From contig CAWEYG010000003.1 of NCBI GenBank assembly GCA_963813155.1, forward strand, positions 32,001-96,000: a stretch of DNA of 64,000 bases, written 5' to 3'. This DNA comes from an uncultured Acidobacteriota bacterium (GTDB lineage: Bacteria > Acidobacteriota > Thermoanaerobaculia > UBA5066 > DATFVB01). The translations under genes were made by a program, and so were the position numbers. The notes under the pieces were generated by a model. That model saw nothing but the letters and a program-made list of their open reading frames with translations. It ran no database searches and was not told the DNA's origin. Every line of letters starts with the position of its first letter. Within the stretch, counting starts at the first letter, position 1. Shown here one piece after another: positions 8,416 through 17,604 of the stretch.

Positions 8416-9972
8416 GTGACATCCCCGCTCAAGACGCTCTCCCGCGAGACGGCCGTGTACGGCCTTTCGACCGTCATCGGACGCTTTCTGAATTTCCTGC
8501 TCGTGCCGTTCTACGTGAACGTGCTTCGCACGCGGGTCGAATTCGGAATGCAGACGACGCTGTATGCCTACATGGCTTTTCTTTCGGTCGTCCTGCCGCT
8601 CGGGCTGGAGGGGGCGTATTTTCGATACGCGGCCCGCGCGGAGGGCGAGGCTCCCGAGCGGGAGCGGGAGCGGCGGCTCTTCGGGACGCCGTTCTGGACG
8701 ATTTTCCTGTTCGGCCTGCCGGCGGCCGTCGCCCTGTTTCTTCTCGCGCCTTCGATCGCGATTCCCGTCTTCGCGGACCCCTCGCACGACCTGTCCGCCT
8801 TCCTGCCGACCCTCATTCGCATCTTGCGGCTCGCTTCGGGGATCCTGCTGTTCGACGCGCTCGCCGTCGTTCCCTTTGCGGCGCTGCGGCTGGAGCATCG
8901 CGCGAAAGCGTTCACGGCGCTGAAACTCGGCAACATCGCGCTCACGCTCGCGCTCAACTTTCTCTTCGTCCTGAGATGGCGGGCCGGAGTCGAGGGGATC
9001 TTCCGGGCGAACCTGATCGCATCGGCCGCGACGCTCGCGGCGGTCCTCGGGATCTGCGCGTCGAAAGTCGCGTTCCGTTTCGATCGTTCGATCTTTCTCC
9101 GCATGCTCCCGTTCGGCCTCGGCAACGTTCCCGCTTACCTCGGGGCGATGATGGTGCAGGTCATCGACCGGCCGATCGTCCAGCGCCTGAAGGGCCTCGA
9201 CGAGGCCGGCGTCTACCAGGCCAACTACCGCATGGGGATCGCGATGATGGTCCTCGTTTCCATGTTCGACTACGCGTGGCGGCCGTTTTTTCTGCGCCAG
9301 CACGCGACGCACGGAAACGCCGCGAAGCCCCTCTTCGCGCGCGTCTTCACGTACTCCGTCCTCGTCCTGATGCTCGCCTTCCTGGGGATGTCGTTCTTTC
9401 TGCCGTGGTTCGTCGGCGTGCGCCTTCCCTTCGTTCGCCGTTCGCTGCTGCGGGCGGACTACCTCTCCGGAACCGGCGTCATCCCGATCGTGCTTTTCGC
9501 CTACGTGTTCCAGGGCTTCTACACGAATTTCATCGTCGGGGTCTATGTCCGCGAGAGGACGCGCTGGCTGCCGGTCGCGACGGGCCTCGCGGCGGCCGTC
9601 AACGTCATTACGAACCTCTGGTGGATTCCCCGATGGGGGATCCTCGGGGCGGCCGCCGCCACGCTCGCGGCCTACGTTGTCATGGCCGCGACTCTCTACG
9701 CGGTGTCCCGGCGCATCTATCCGATCGAGTACGAATGGGGAAGGGTGCTCAAGATCTTCGTGATCGTGCTCGGGGCGTACTTCGGCGCCCTCGCGATCGG
9801 GGCTCCCTGGGCGAAGGTCGCGGCGTTCGGCGCGGCGATCGCGCTCCTCTTCGCGACCGGGTTCTTTCACGCCGGCGAGCTCGAGGCGCTCAAGTCTCTC
9901 TTTCGAGCGAGGAGGGCGATCGAGCCCGCGGATCCCGTCGCCTATGCGACGGAGCGAAGGGAAGACGTGTGA
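8416..9972 (+). CDS. Wzx/MOP-family oligosaccharide flippase
   Basis: Polytopic membrane protein; 'ETAVYGLSTVIGRFLNFLLVPFY', 'AGVYQANY', 'GILGAAAAT'. Confidence 0.85.
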   Translation: MTSPLKTLSRETAVYGLSTVIGRFLNFLLVPFYVNVLRTRVEFGMQTTLYAYMAFLSVVLPLGLEGAYFRYAARAEGEAPERERERRLFGTPFWTIFLFGLPAAVALFLLAPSIAIPVFADPSHDLSAFLPTLIRILRLASGILLFDALAVVPFAALRLEHRAKAFTALKLGNIALTLALNFLFVLRWRAGVEGIFRANLIASAATLAAVLGICASKVAFRFDRSIFLRMLPFGLGNVPAYLGAMMVQVIDRPIVQRLKGLDEAGVYQANYRMGIAMMVLVSMFDYAWRPFFLRQHATHGNAAKPLFARVFTYSVLVLMLAFLGMSFFLPWFVGVRLPFVRRSLLRADYLSGTGVIPIVLFAYVFQGFYTNFIVGVYVRERTRWLPVATGLAAAVNVITNLWWIPRWGILGAAAATLAAYVVMAATLYAVSRRIYPIEYEWGRVLKIFVIVLGAYFGALAIGAPWAKVAAFGAAIALLFATGFFHAGELEALKSLFRARRAIEPADPVAYATERREDV

Positions 9973-10940
9973 CGGCGCGCCTGCCCGCGTCCTTCCGGAT
10001 CGGGCACTGGACCGATTCGACCCGCCGAACCGGCTGCACGGTCGTCCTCGCGGGAGGGCCCTGCGCCGGAGCGGCGGACGTTCGCGGGGGAGCTCCGGGC
10101 ACCCGGGAGACGCAGCTCTTCACGCCGGGGAACCTCGTTTCCCGGATCGACGCGGTCGTTCTCTGCGGCGGAAGCGCGTTTGGGCTCGCCGCGGCCGGCG
10201 GCGTCGCGCGCTATCTGCGGGAGCGGGGGATCGGCTACGCGGTCGGGCCCGCCGTCGTTCCGATTGTGTCGGCGGCCGTGCTCTTCGATCTCGCCGTCGG
10301 AGATCCGGAGGCGTATCCGGACGAGGCGGCCGGCTACTCCGCGTCCGGCGGCGCATTGGCCGAAACGCCGGACGAGGGAGCCGTCGGCGCCGGCGCCGGG
10401 GCCACGGTCGGAAAGCTCTTCGGCGTCGGGCGATCCAGTCCCGGCGGAGTCGGCTATGCCTCGGTTTCCGTCGGCGGAGGCGAAGTCGCGGCGGTCGCCG
10501 CGGTCAACGCGTTCGGGGACGTGACCGGCGACGACGGGGCAATCTTCGCGGGCGCGCGCGATTCCTCCGGCGCGTGGGCCGGAACCTCCGCGCGTCTCCT
10601 CAACGGCGACCTGGACGGCTCGCCGCTCGCGGGTCCGGCCGGCGGGGCCGCGGGCTCGAACACGACGCTCGTCTGCGTCCTGACGGACATTCCGTTCGAT
10701 TCGGGTTCCTTGCGCCGCGTCGCGATCGAAGCGCACGACGGGATCTCCCGGGCGGTGCGGCCGGTCCACACGCTCGTCGACGGAGACGCCGTGTTTGCGA
10801 TGGCGCCGGAAGGCTCTCCGCCGGACCTTCTCACGCGGCTGCGGGTCGGGGCCGCGGCGGCGGAGGCGACCGCGCGGGCGATCCGCAGAGCGGTTACAGC
10901 TGGTACGTCTTCGGTGTCTTCTGCGGCGGCGCGGGCGTGA
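9969..10940 (+). CDS. P1/DmpA (peptidase S58) family protein
   Basis: 'GHWTD', 'DVRGGAPGTRET', 'GGSAFGL', 'GAGAGATVGK', 'NTTL', 'PVHTLVDGD'. Confidence 0.9.
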   Translation: MTARLPASFRIGHWTDSTRRTGCTVVLAGGPCAGAADVRGGAPGTRETQLFTPGNLVSRIDAVVLCGGSAFGLAAAGGVARYLRERGIGYAVGPAVVPIVSAAVLFDLAVGDPEAYPDEAAGYSASGGALAETPDEGAVGAGAGATVGKLFGVGRSSPGGVGYASVSVGGGEVAAVAAVNAFGDVTGDDGAIFAGARDSSGAWAGTSARLLNGDLDGSPLAGPAGGAAGSNTTLVCVLTDIPFDSGSLRRVAIEAHDGISRAVRPVHTLVDGDAVFAMAPEGSPPDLLTRLRVGAAAAEATARAIRRAVTAGTSSVSSAAARA

Positions 10941-11803
10941 CGACGCGGATCGGCACGGGCGTGAAGCACAGGACGAACACCGCGAGGCAGGCGAGCGCGA
11001 GCAGCCTGCGCTTCGGGTCGAGCTTCTCGGAGGCGTCGGCGGTCGGAGGGTGCGCGATCCCCATGACGAGCACGATGACGGCCCACACGAGCCATCCGGG
11101 CCAGAGAACCGCGAGCCCGAGGAGCGCGGCGAAGAGCACGTAGCCGATCGGGCGCTGCAGCTTTCCCACCGCGGCGTAGAGGATGTGGCCGCCGTCGAGC
11201 TGCGCGAGCGGCAGCAGATTCAGCGCCGTCACGAGCAGGCCGAACCACGCGGCGAATCCCGGCGGAGACAGCGACAGGTCGGCGCCGTGCCGCGTCGCCG
11301 GGACGAGCAGCGTGCTCCGCCCAGCGGAACAGGAGGGGCTCGCCGAAATCGAAATACTCGCCTGTGGGCCGAAGCGTCGTCGCATGTGAGCTCGTGACGC
11401 CCCACCAGAGAATCGGGAGGCACGCGACGAACCCGGCGAGCGGCCCGGCAGCTCCGACGTCGAAGAGGATCTTCTTCCGCGTGATCGGCGCTCGGATGCT
11501 GATCACGGCGCCGAAAGTCCCGATGCCGACCGGCGCGGGAATGAAGTAAGGCAGCGTCGCGGGCAGGCCGTAGCGCCGGCACGCGATCGTGTGGCCGAGC
11601 TCGTGGATTCCGAGAATCGTGAGCAGGGGAATTGAAAACGCGAGCCCGGATCTCCAGACGGCCGGGTCGGCGACCGCGAGGGCGAGGGAACGGTCGGAGA
11701 AGAGGCCGAACCCCCCGAAAAACGTTGTCGTCGCAAGAGTCAGGACGAAGAGAAGGAGGTGAAAAAGCGGGTGAGTGGGGAGCCGATGGAACGGGTTTGC
11801 CAA
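10894..11803 (-). CDS. Site-2 protease (M50) family membrane metalloprotease, one frameshift near 11310-11330
   Basis: HELGH and 'GTFGAVI' in frame 10454..11803; 'NLLPLAQLDGGH' in frame 10894..11385. Confidence 0.85.
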
Positions 11804-11804
11804 A

Positions 11805-12098
11805 TCAGGAAGCCGGTGCCGCCGTGTCGTCGCGCATGTCCCGCAGCTCCTTGCCCGGTTTGAACCGGATCGTGTTTCCCGGGGGGATCGCGACCTCGAC
11901 GCCCGTTTTCGGGTTTCGGCCGATACCGCGCTTGCGTTTCTTAACCTCGAAAACGCCGAACCCGCGCAACTCGATTCGGTCCCCGGATCCCAGGGCCTGC
12001 CTCAACGCGTCAATGACGGTCTCGACCGCCGTGATCGCCTTCGGGCGCGGAATTGACGCCTCCTCGAACAGCCGGTCCACGATGTCCGCTTTGATCAT
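11805..12098 (-). CDS. HU/IHF family DNA-binding protein
   Basis: 'IELRGFGVF', 'GRNPKTG', 'FKPGKEL'. Confidence 0.93.
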   Translation of the reverse strand: MIKADIVDRLFEEASIPRPKAITAVETVIDALRQALGSGDRIELRGFGVFEVKKRKRGIGRNPKTGVEVAIPPGNTIRFKPGKELRDMRDDTAAPAS

Positions 12099-12144
12099 CT
12101 CGTGTATCCCTCGACTCTCGTTCGACTTCTACCGGATTCGGCGC

Positions 12145-12174
12145 AGTCTATTCCACGGTCCGGCGGGGGGTCAA
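12145..12174 (-). promoter_or_regulatory. Sigma70-type promoter of the HU gene
   Basis: Minus strand TTGACC (12174-12169), 18-nt spacer, TAGACT (12150-12145). Confidence 0.55.
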
Positions 12175-13445
12175 GCCGGGTCCCGCCGGTCCCGCTGGCT
12201 CAGAATCAGGGCCGCGAACCCTTCCGCCATGGCTCCCGCCAGCCGATGGAGGGACGTGACCTCGCCGGGAGTAAGGGCCGATTCGCTCGGCTCGACCATC
12301 AGAAAGGCCACGACCCGCTTCTTCAGCACGACCGGAAAGAGGGCGCAACGTTCGGGGCGCCTCCCGAGGGCCGCGACCAGCGGTTCGTGCGCCGGGAGGG
12401 CCGGAAACAGGCCCTGGTAGAAGGCGGTCGACACGTGGACGTTCAGGAAGAGGGAGGGCTCCGAAAACGGGATCCGGAGCGACTGGAAGGCGGCCGGCGC
12501 GACGCCGTCGCCGCGGACTTTCCACCCGATCGCGTCTTCTTTTCGCGCGATGAAGAGCGCGACGAGGGGGTACTTGCCTTCGAGGCAGGCCAGGGCCGCA
12601 TCGGCGATCTCGTTGCGGGAATCGGCGTGGCGCATTCTGGCCGCGGCCTCGTCGATGGACATTGGCGCGGGCGCGCCGCTGGCGGGGCCTTCCTCCTCCT
12701 CGGGCGTGTACTCGAGCTCCAGCGAGGGAACTGCGGGCGCCACGGCGGGGAGCGGGGTGGGGCGGCCCCGGGGCGCGGGTTTCCAGGTCGAAATCTCGAT
12801 CTCGTCGGCTCCGGAAGCAGGGGAATCGGTCTTCCAGACGTCCGAGAGCCGGCTTGCGCCGCTCCTCCCGGTCGGGACTGCCGCCGCCTTCGCCGGTTCG
12901 GATCCTCCGAAAATCTGGGGTGGAGGGGGCGGGGGCTGCGCGACGCGGGGGCCGGCGTCGGCCGAACGGATCATCGCGCGGTCGATCTTGTCGGAGAGGA
13001 GGCGAAATCGGGCGGTCCGCTGTTTTCCGTAGAACCGTTCCAGCGCCTCGAGAATGCGGAACTCGGCCATCACGCACGGTTCGATCCTTCGCCCGGTCAC
13101 GAACCCGATCTCGTCCTCGGTCGCAAGGTCGTTCGGGTCGAGCATGGCAACCTTCAGGACCCGTCCCTGCCGGGAGAAGGGGATCGCGAGGGACCGCAAC
13201 GCGATCTTCGGCGGCAGCAGCGAGACGATCTCGCTCGGAGTCGCCCGCACGATCTCCCAGTGGGCGTACTCCCGGCCGGTGGCCTTCCCGAGCGCCCGGG
13301 CGAGAGTCTGCTCCGAAATCAGCCCCTGTTCGAGGAGCACGGTCCCGAGGCGTCCGCCGGACGCCTTCTGCACTTCGAGAGCGCGATTCAGCGCGGCCGG
13401 GGTCACGGCGCCCACCTCGAGAAGAGCCTGTCCAAGCTTCGGCAC
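12171..13445 (-). CDS. MshEN/T2SSE_N domain protein without ATPase domain
   Basis: Tandem MshEN-like motifs KLGQALLEVGAVTPAALNRALEVQ / RLGTVLLEQGLISEQTLARAL; 'VAMLDPND'; Pro-rich linker; no Walker A. Confidence 0.8.
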   Translation of the reverse strand: MPKLGQALLEVGAVTPAALNRALEVQKASGGRLGTVLLEQGLISEQTLARALGKATGREYAHWEIVRATPSEIVSLLPPKIALRSLAIPFSRQGRVLKVAMLDPNDLATEDEIGFVTGRRIEPCVMAEFRILEALERFYGKQRTARFRLLSDKIDRAMIRSADAGPRVAQPPPPPPQIFGGSEPAKAAAVPTGRSGASRLSDVWKTDSPASGADEIEISTWKPAPRGRPTPLPAVAPAVPSLELEYTPEEEEGPASGAPAPMSIDEAAARMRHADSRNEIADAALACLEGKYPLVALFIARKEDAIGWKVRGDGVAPAAFQSLRIPFSEPSLFLNVHVSTAFYQGLFPALPAHEPLVAALGRRPERCALFPVVLKKRVVAFLMVEPSESALTPGEVTSLHRLAGAMAEGFAALILSQRDRRDPA

Positions 13446-13519
13446 GCGGCCATTATCGCGGAGATCCGGCGGCGACGGAAGCGGAAGAAGCGGAGATTCT
13501 CGCGTGTTATTGTCAGCGA

Positions 13520-15449
13520 ATGCTTGGAGCCTGCGCCCTCTTCCTTCTCCTCGCCGCGCCGTCGCCGGCCGCCCCGGACCTGGAAGTGCGCCGGGAATTC
13601 CTGGCGGCGAAGATGGCGCAGGCCGACGGGCGACTCAAGGAGGCCGCTTCGCATTTTCAGAGCGCGATCGGGATGCGGCCGGAGGACCCGATCCTCGAGT
13701 TTGAATACGCGGTGCTTCTCCAGCAGCTCGATCTCGACGACGAGGCCCGGTCGCACGCGAAGCGCTCGGCCGAGCTCGACCCGAATTTCGACTCCGCCTG
13801 GGCGCTCGCGGGCGCGATGGACCTGGCGTCGGCGGAGAAGATCTCCGAAAAGAGCGCGGACCGGCCCGACGAGAAGAGCGTCGAGAAGACGCAGGAGATC
13901 GTCAGCCGGGCCGTCGACGAGCTCGACCGCGCCCACCGTCTCGCCCCCCAGAACCCGTCGACCGTCGTCGCCCTCGGTCGCGCCGAGCTGCTGAACGGAC
14001 GTCCCGACCGGGCTCGGGCGGTCCTCGACGAGATCTCCGGGCTCGCGGACAATCCCGGGGTCCTGAAGATCCGGGCCCAGGCGGACGACCGCCGTGGCGC
14101 CGACGCGGATGCGGCGAAAGACTACGACCGCTGGGTGCGAAGCGATCCGGGAGACCGCGACGCCGCGGCTTCCGCGATCGAGTTCTTCGAATCCCGACGC
14201 GACTTCAAGCGCGCGCTCGAGTTGCTGCGCGGCCTTCGCGTCGTCGATCCGGACAACGTGATGATCGCGGATCGAATCGCGCTCGACCGGTTGCGGAGCG
14301 GCGATTTCGACGGCGCCGAGCGCGAAGCTCGGTCCCTCTCGGCCGCCCGTCCGGAGGACCGGGCCGCGCGGCGGACGCTCGCGGCCGTCCTCTACCAGAA
14401 GGGGCGCGACGAAGAGTCGGTGAAGATGCTGCGCCGGCTGGTGGAAGAGGATGCGGACGATCCCGCCGCCGCGCTCACGCTCGCGCTCCAGCTGACTTCC
14501 GGCGGGAAGGATTCGGAGGCCGTTTCGATTCTGGAAAATCTTTCGAAGAAGGCCGCCGAGAACCCCGGGAAAACGGAGCTTCGAAGGGAGATCGATGCCC
14601 AGATCGCCTCGATCCGTTACCGGGCCCGCGATCTGGCCTCGGCGAAGCGGATCGCGGCGGCGGCGGCCGTCGCGAAGGACTCCGTTTCCGATCGCCTCGT
14701 GGACCTGCTGCTGCAGATCGCGCGCGACGAGAAGAAGCCCCAGGAGGGCCTGGACTGGGCGAAGAAGGCTGCCGCCGTGGAACCGAAGAACACGGACTTC
14801 GCCGCGGCGGTCGCGGAATTCCAGATTCGCGCCAACCTCCCGCAGGAGGGCAAGGCGACTCTCGAGAAGCTCGCCGCTTCCGGGATCGCGTCGGACGTCC
14901 TCGCAGCGTCGGATGCCGAGGGTCGGCTGAAGAACTTTGCCGAGTCCGCGCGAATGGCCTCCGACGCGCTGCCTCGCTTCGCGGGCAACCTGGACCTCCT
15001 GTTCCGGAAAGGCTCCGCTCTGGAGCGGGAGGGAAAGCTCGAAGAGGCCGGGAAGGTTTTCCTGGAGCTCCTCCGGGCCCGAAAGGACGACGCCCAGACC
15101 CTCAACTATCTGGGGTACATGTACGCGGAGCACGGAATCCATCTGCCGGAGGCCCGAAAGCTGATCGAGCGCGCGGTCGAACTGGAGCCCCAGAACGGAG
15201 CGTACCTGGATTCCCTCGGATGGGTCCGGTTCCGGCTCGAACGATCTCGAGGGCGCGAAAGCGGCCTTGCTGCGCGCGGCCGAGCGCATGCCGAGCGATC
15301 CGACCGTTCAGGAGCACCTGGGCGACATTCAGGCGAAGCTCGGCCGGAAGACCGAGGCGGTTGCGCTCTGGCGCAAGTCGCTGACGCTCTCTCCCGACGA
15401 GCCCGAGAAGATCGAAAAAAAGATTCATGAGCTGGGCTCCGCGCCCTGA
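13520..15449 (+). CDS. Exported tetratricopeptide-repeat protein, frameshift near 15245
   Basis: Signal peptide; TPRs; 'TLNYLGYMYAE...AYLDSLGWV' continuing as 'DPTVQEHLGDI' in another frame. Confidence 0.85.
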
Positions 15450-16143
15450 AATCCGCCGGTCCGCGAAGCTCGCGGCCGGAATCCTTGCGTTCCTTCTCGT
15501 CCAGTCGTGCGCGACGCGGCCGCCGGCCCGCCCGGCGACGGCGGAAGAGTCCGGGAAACTTCTCGCGGCGTGGGGCGACTACCGCCGCGCGGCGCTCTCC
15601 CGGGGGCCAATGGAGCTTTTCTACGACGCCGAGGTTTCGCGCAGTGTCGTCACGATGTCCGGAACGCTCGCCGTGCGCGACGACCCGGGGAAGACGCTGG
15701 CGCTGCGCGTGGAGGGGCCGCTCGGGCTCCCGGTTGCCCGGGCGGACTGGAACGGCCAGGAGACGAAGATCGTCGTCTCGGGGTCGCACAAGGGAGAGAG
15801 AACGATCGCGGGGGACGCGGACCTGAGCCGGGAGCTCGGCTTTCCCGTGACGGCGGCCGAGCTCTCGCTGCTGCTCTACGGCCTGCCGGATTCGGGGAGT
15901 CCCGAAAAGACGGAGCTCGCGGGGACGAGAGCCTGGTTCTCCTGGAAGGGCGGAGCGCTCCGCTGCGATTTCGATCCGTCGTCGGGCCGGGTCGGGACCG
16001 TCATCTCCCGCGGCGAGCGCGATTCCGTGGAAGTCCGATTTCTCGATTGGAGCGCCGGACTGCCCTCGCGGATCCAGATCAAGACCTCGCGCGGAGGAGG
16101 CGCCTTGCTCGCGTTGCGTTCCGCCGACGCCGGTTCCGGATAG
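15427..16143 (+). CDS. Lipoprotein, LolB-like/DUF4292-like
   Basis: Lipobox 'LLVQSC'; 'LRVEGPLG', 'RELGFPV....LLLYG'; TPR-X-ispE position typical of lolB. Confidence 0.65.
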   Translation: MSWAPRPEIRRSAKLAAGILAFLLVQSCATRPPARPATAEESGKLLAAWGDYRRAALSRGPMELFYDAEVSRSVVTMSGTLAVRDDPGKTLALRVEGPLGLPVARADWNGQETKIVVSGSHKGERTIAGDADLSRELGFPVTAAELSLLLYGLPDSGSPEKTELAGTRAWFSWKGGALRCDFDPSSGRVGTVISRGERDSVEVRFLDWSAGLPSRIQIKTSRGGGALLALRSADAGSG

Positions 16144-16153
16144 CGTTCCGGCC

Positions 16154-17023
16154 ATGATTCTGAAGGCCGAAGCATTCGCGAAGACGAACCGCTCGCTCAT
16201 CGTCCGGGGAAAGCGGCCCGACGGTTACCACGAGATCGACACGGTGTTTCAGTCGATTGACCTGACCGATGAGCTCGAGGTGTCCCTCGCCCCGTCGATC
16301 GAGCTCGAGTGCGACGACCCTTCGCTCCCCGCGGGGCCCGGGAATCTCGTCTTTCGGGCCGCGGAGCGTCTCGCGAAGGTTTACGCGGTCCGGACCGGGG
16401 CGCGGATCCGGCTGACGAAGAGAATTCCGACGGGAGCGGGGCTCGGGGGAGGCTCTTCCGACGCGGCGATCGCGCTCGCTCTGCTCGCGCGGCTCTGGAA
16501 GACCGGCGCGAATCTCGATTCGCTCTCGAAGATCGGAGGCGAGATCGGGAGCGACGTCCCGTTTTTTTTCTTCGGCGGCGCGGCGAGGGGTCGCGGCCGA
16601 GGCGAGATCCTGACTCCTCATCGCGACGAGGAGGACCGGCGCCTGATTCTCGTCGTGCCTCCGTTTCCGATCGCGACAGCCGCGGTTTACGCGCGCTGGA
16701 GAGCCTCCGAAGCTTCCGGGGAGGGAGCCGGCCGGAACTATTTCGGATCGAACGACTTGGCATCGGCTGTGCTTCAAACAGAGCCTGAGATGGCTCGCTA
16801 CCTGGAAACCGTCGCGAAGTCCTTTCCGGACTGCCAGATCTCGGGCTCCGGCTCTTCGATCGTCGCGGCGGTTTCCGAAGCGGCCGCTTCCGATTTCGAC
16901 AGCGTGAGGAATGACCTGCCCGGCGCGAAGGTTTACGTCTTGAGAACCGTGTCGCGCGAGGAATATCGGCGGCGCTCGGCCCTCGACGCTTTCGACTTGC
17001 CAGAGGAGGTCCGAGAGCAATGA
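16154..17023 (+). CDS. ispE: 4-diphosphocytidyl-2-C-methyl-D-erythritol kinase
   Basis: 'AKTN', 'RPDGYHEI', GHMP motif 'KRIPTGAGLGGGSSDAA', 'GSDVPFF'. Confidence 0.94.
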   Translation: MILKAEAFAKTNRSLIVRGKRPDGYHEIDTVFQSIDLTDELEVSLAPSIELECDDPSLPAGPGNLVFRAAERLAKVYAVRTGARIRLTKRIPTGAGLGGGSSDAAIALALLARLWKTGANLDSLSKIGGEIGSDVPFFFFGGAARGRGRGEILTPHRDEEDRRLILVVPPFPIATAAVYARWRASEASGEGAGRNYFGSNDLASAVLQTEPEMARYLETVAKSFPDCQISGSGSSIVAAVSEAAASDFDSVRNDLPGAKVYVLRTVSREEYRRRSALDAFDLPEEVREQ

Positions 17024-17316
17024 ACATCACCGAGGTCAAGGTTCATCCCGTCGATCAGGAGAAGCTCAAGGCCTATGTCTCGATCGTCCTGGACGACTGC
17101 TTTCTCGTTTCCGACATCAAGATCATCTCCGGTCCGACGGGGCTGTTCGTGTCGATGCCTTCGAAGCGGAAAAAGACGGGAGAGTTCAAGGATGTCGCCC
17201 ATCCCCTCAACCGCGAGACGCGCCAGTGGATGGAGGAGCGGATCCTCGGCGAATACGACCGGTCGATTCACCTCCCGTCTCCGAGCCAGCACAGCGAGGC
17301 AGCCGGGGAATCCTGA
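17020..17316 (+). CDS. spoVG: SpoVG family nucleic-acid-binding protein
   Basis: 'MNITEVKV', 'LKAYVSIVLDDCF', 'GLFVSMPS', 'FKDVAHPLN'. Confidence 0.9.
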   Translation: MNITEVKVHPVDQEKLKAYVSIVLDDCFLVSDIKIISGPTGLFVSMPSKRKKTGEFKDVAHPLNRETRQWMEERILGEYDRSIHLPSPSQHSEAAGES

Positions 17317-17363
17317 CCGGACCGGATTTCGTTACAATCGAGCGAAATCGGGAGGACTTACCC

Positions 17364-17604
17364 ATGTCGAACACGAAAATCCAGGTCCGCAAGAACGGAC
17401 CTCTTCGCATCGAGGGCACGGACATCGAGATCGTCGATGCCGAGGGCCGGCGGTTCGACCTCGCGGGCCGCACCGTCATTTCGCTCTGCCGCTGCGGGCA
17501 TTCGCAGAACAAGCCCTTCTGCGACGGCTCCGCACGACCGCACGGGGTTCGAATCCGATTGCCCGGCCCGCGCGCTGCCGCCGCCGGTGCCGAAGCCGGC
17601 CTAG
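17364..17604 (+). CDS. CDGSH iron-sulfur domain protein, frameshift near 17530
   Basis: 'NGPL', 'LCRCGHSQNKPFCDGS'; removing one C gives CDGSH...PKPA-TAG(17602-17604); SD GGAGG upstream. Confidence 0.85.
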
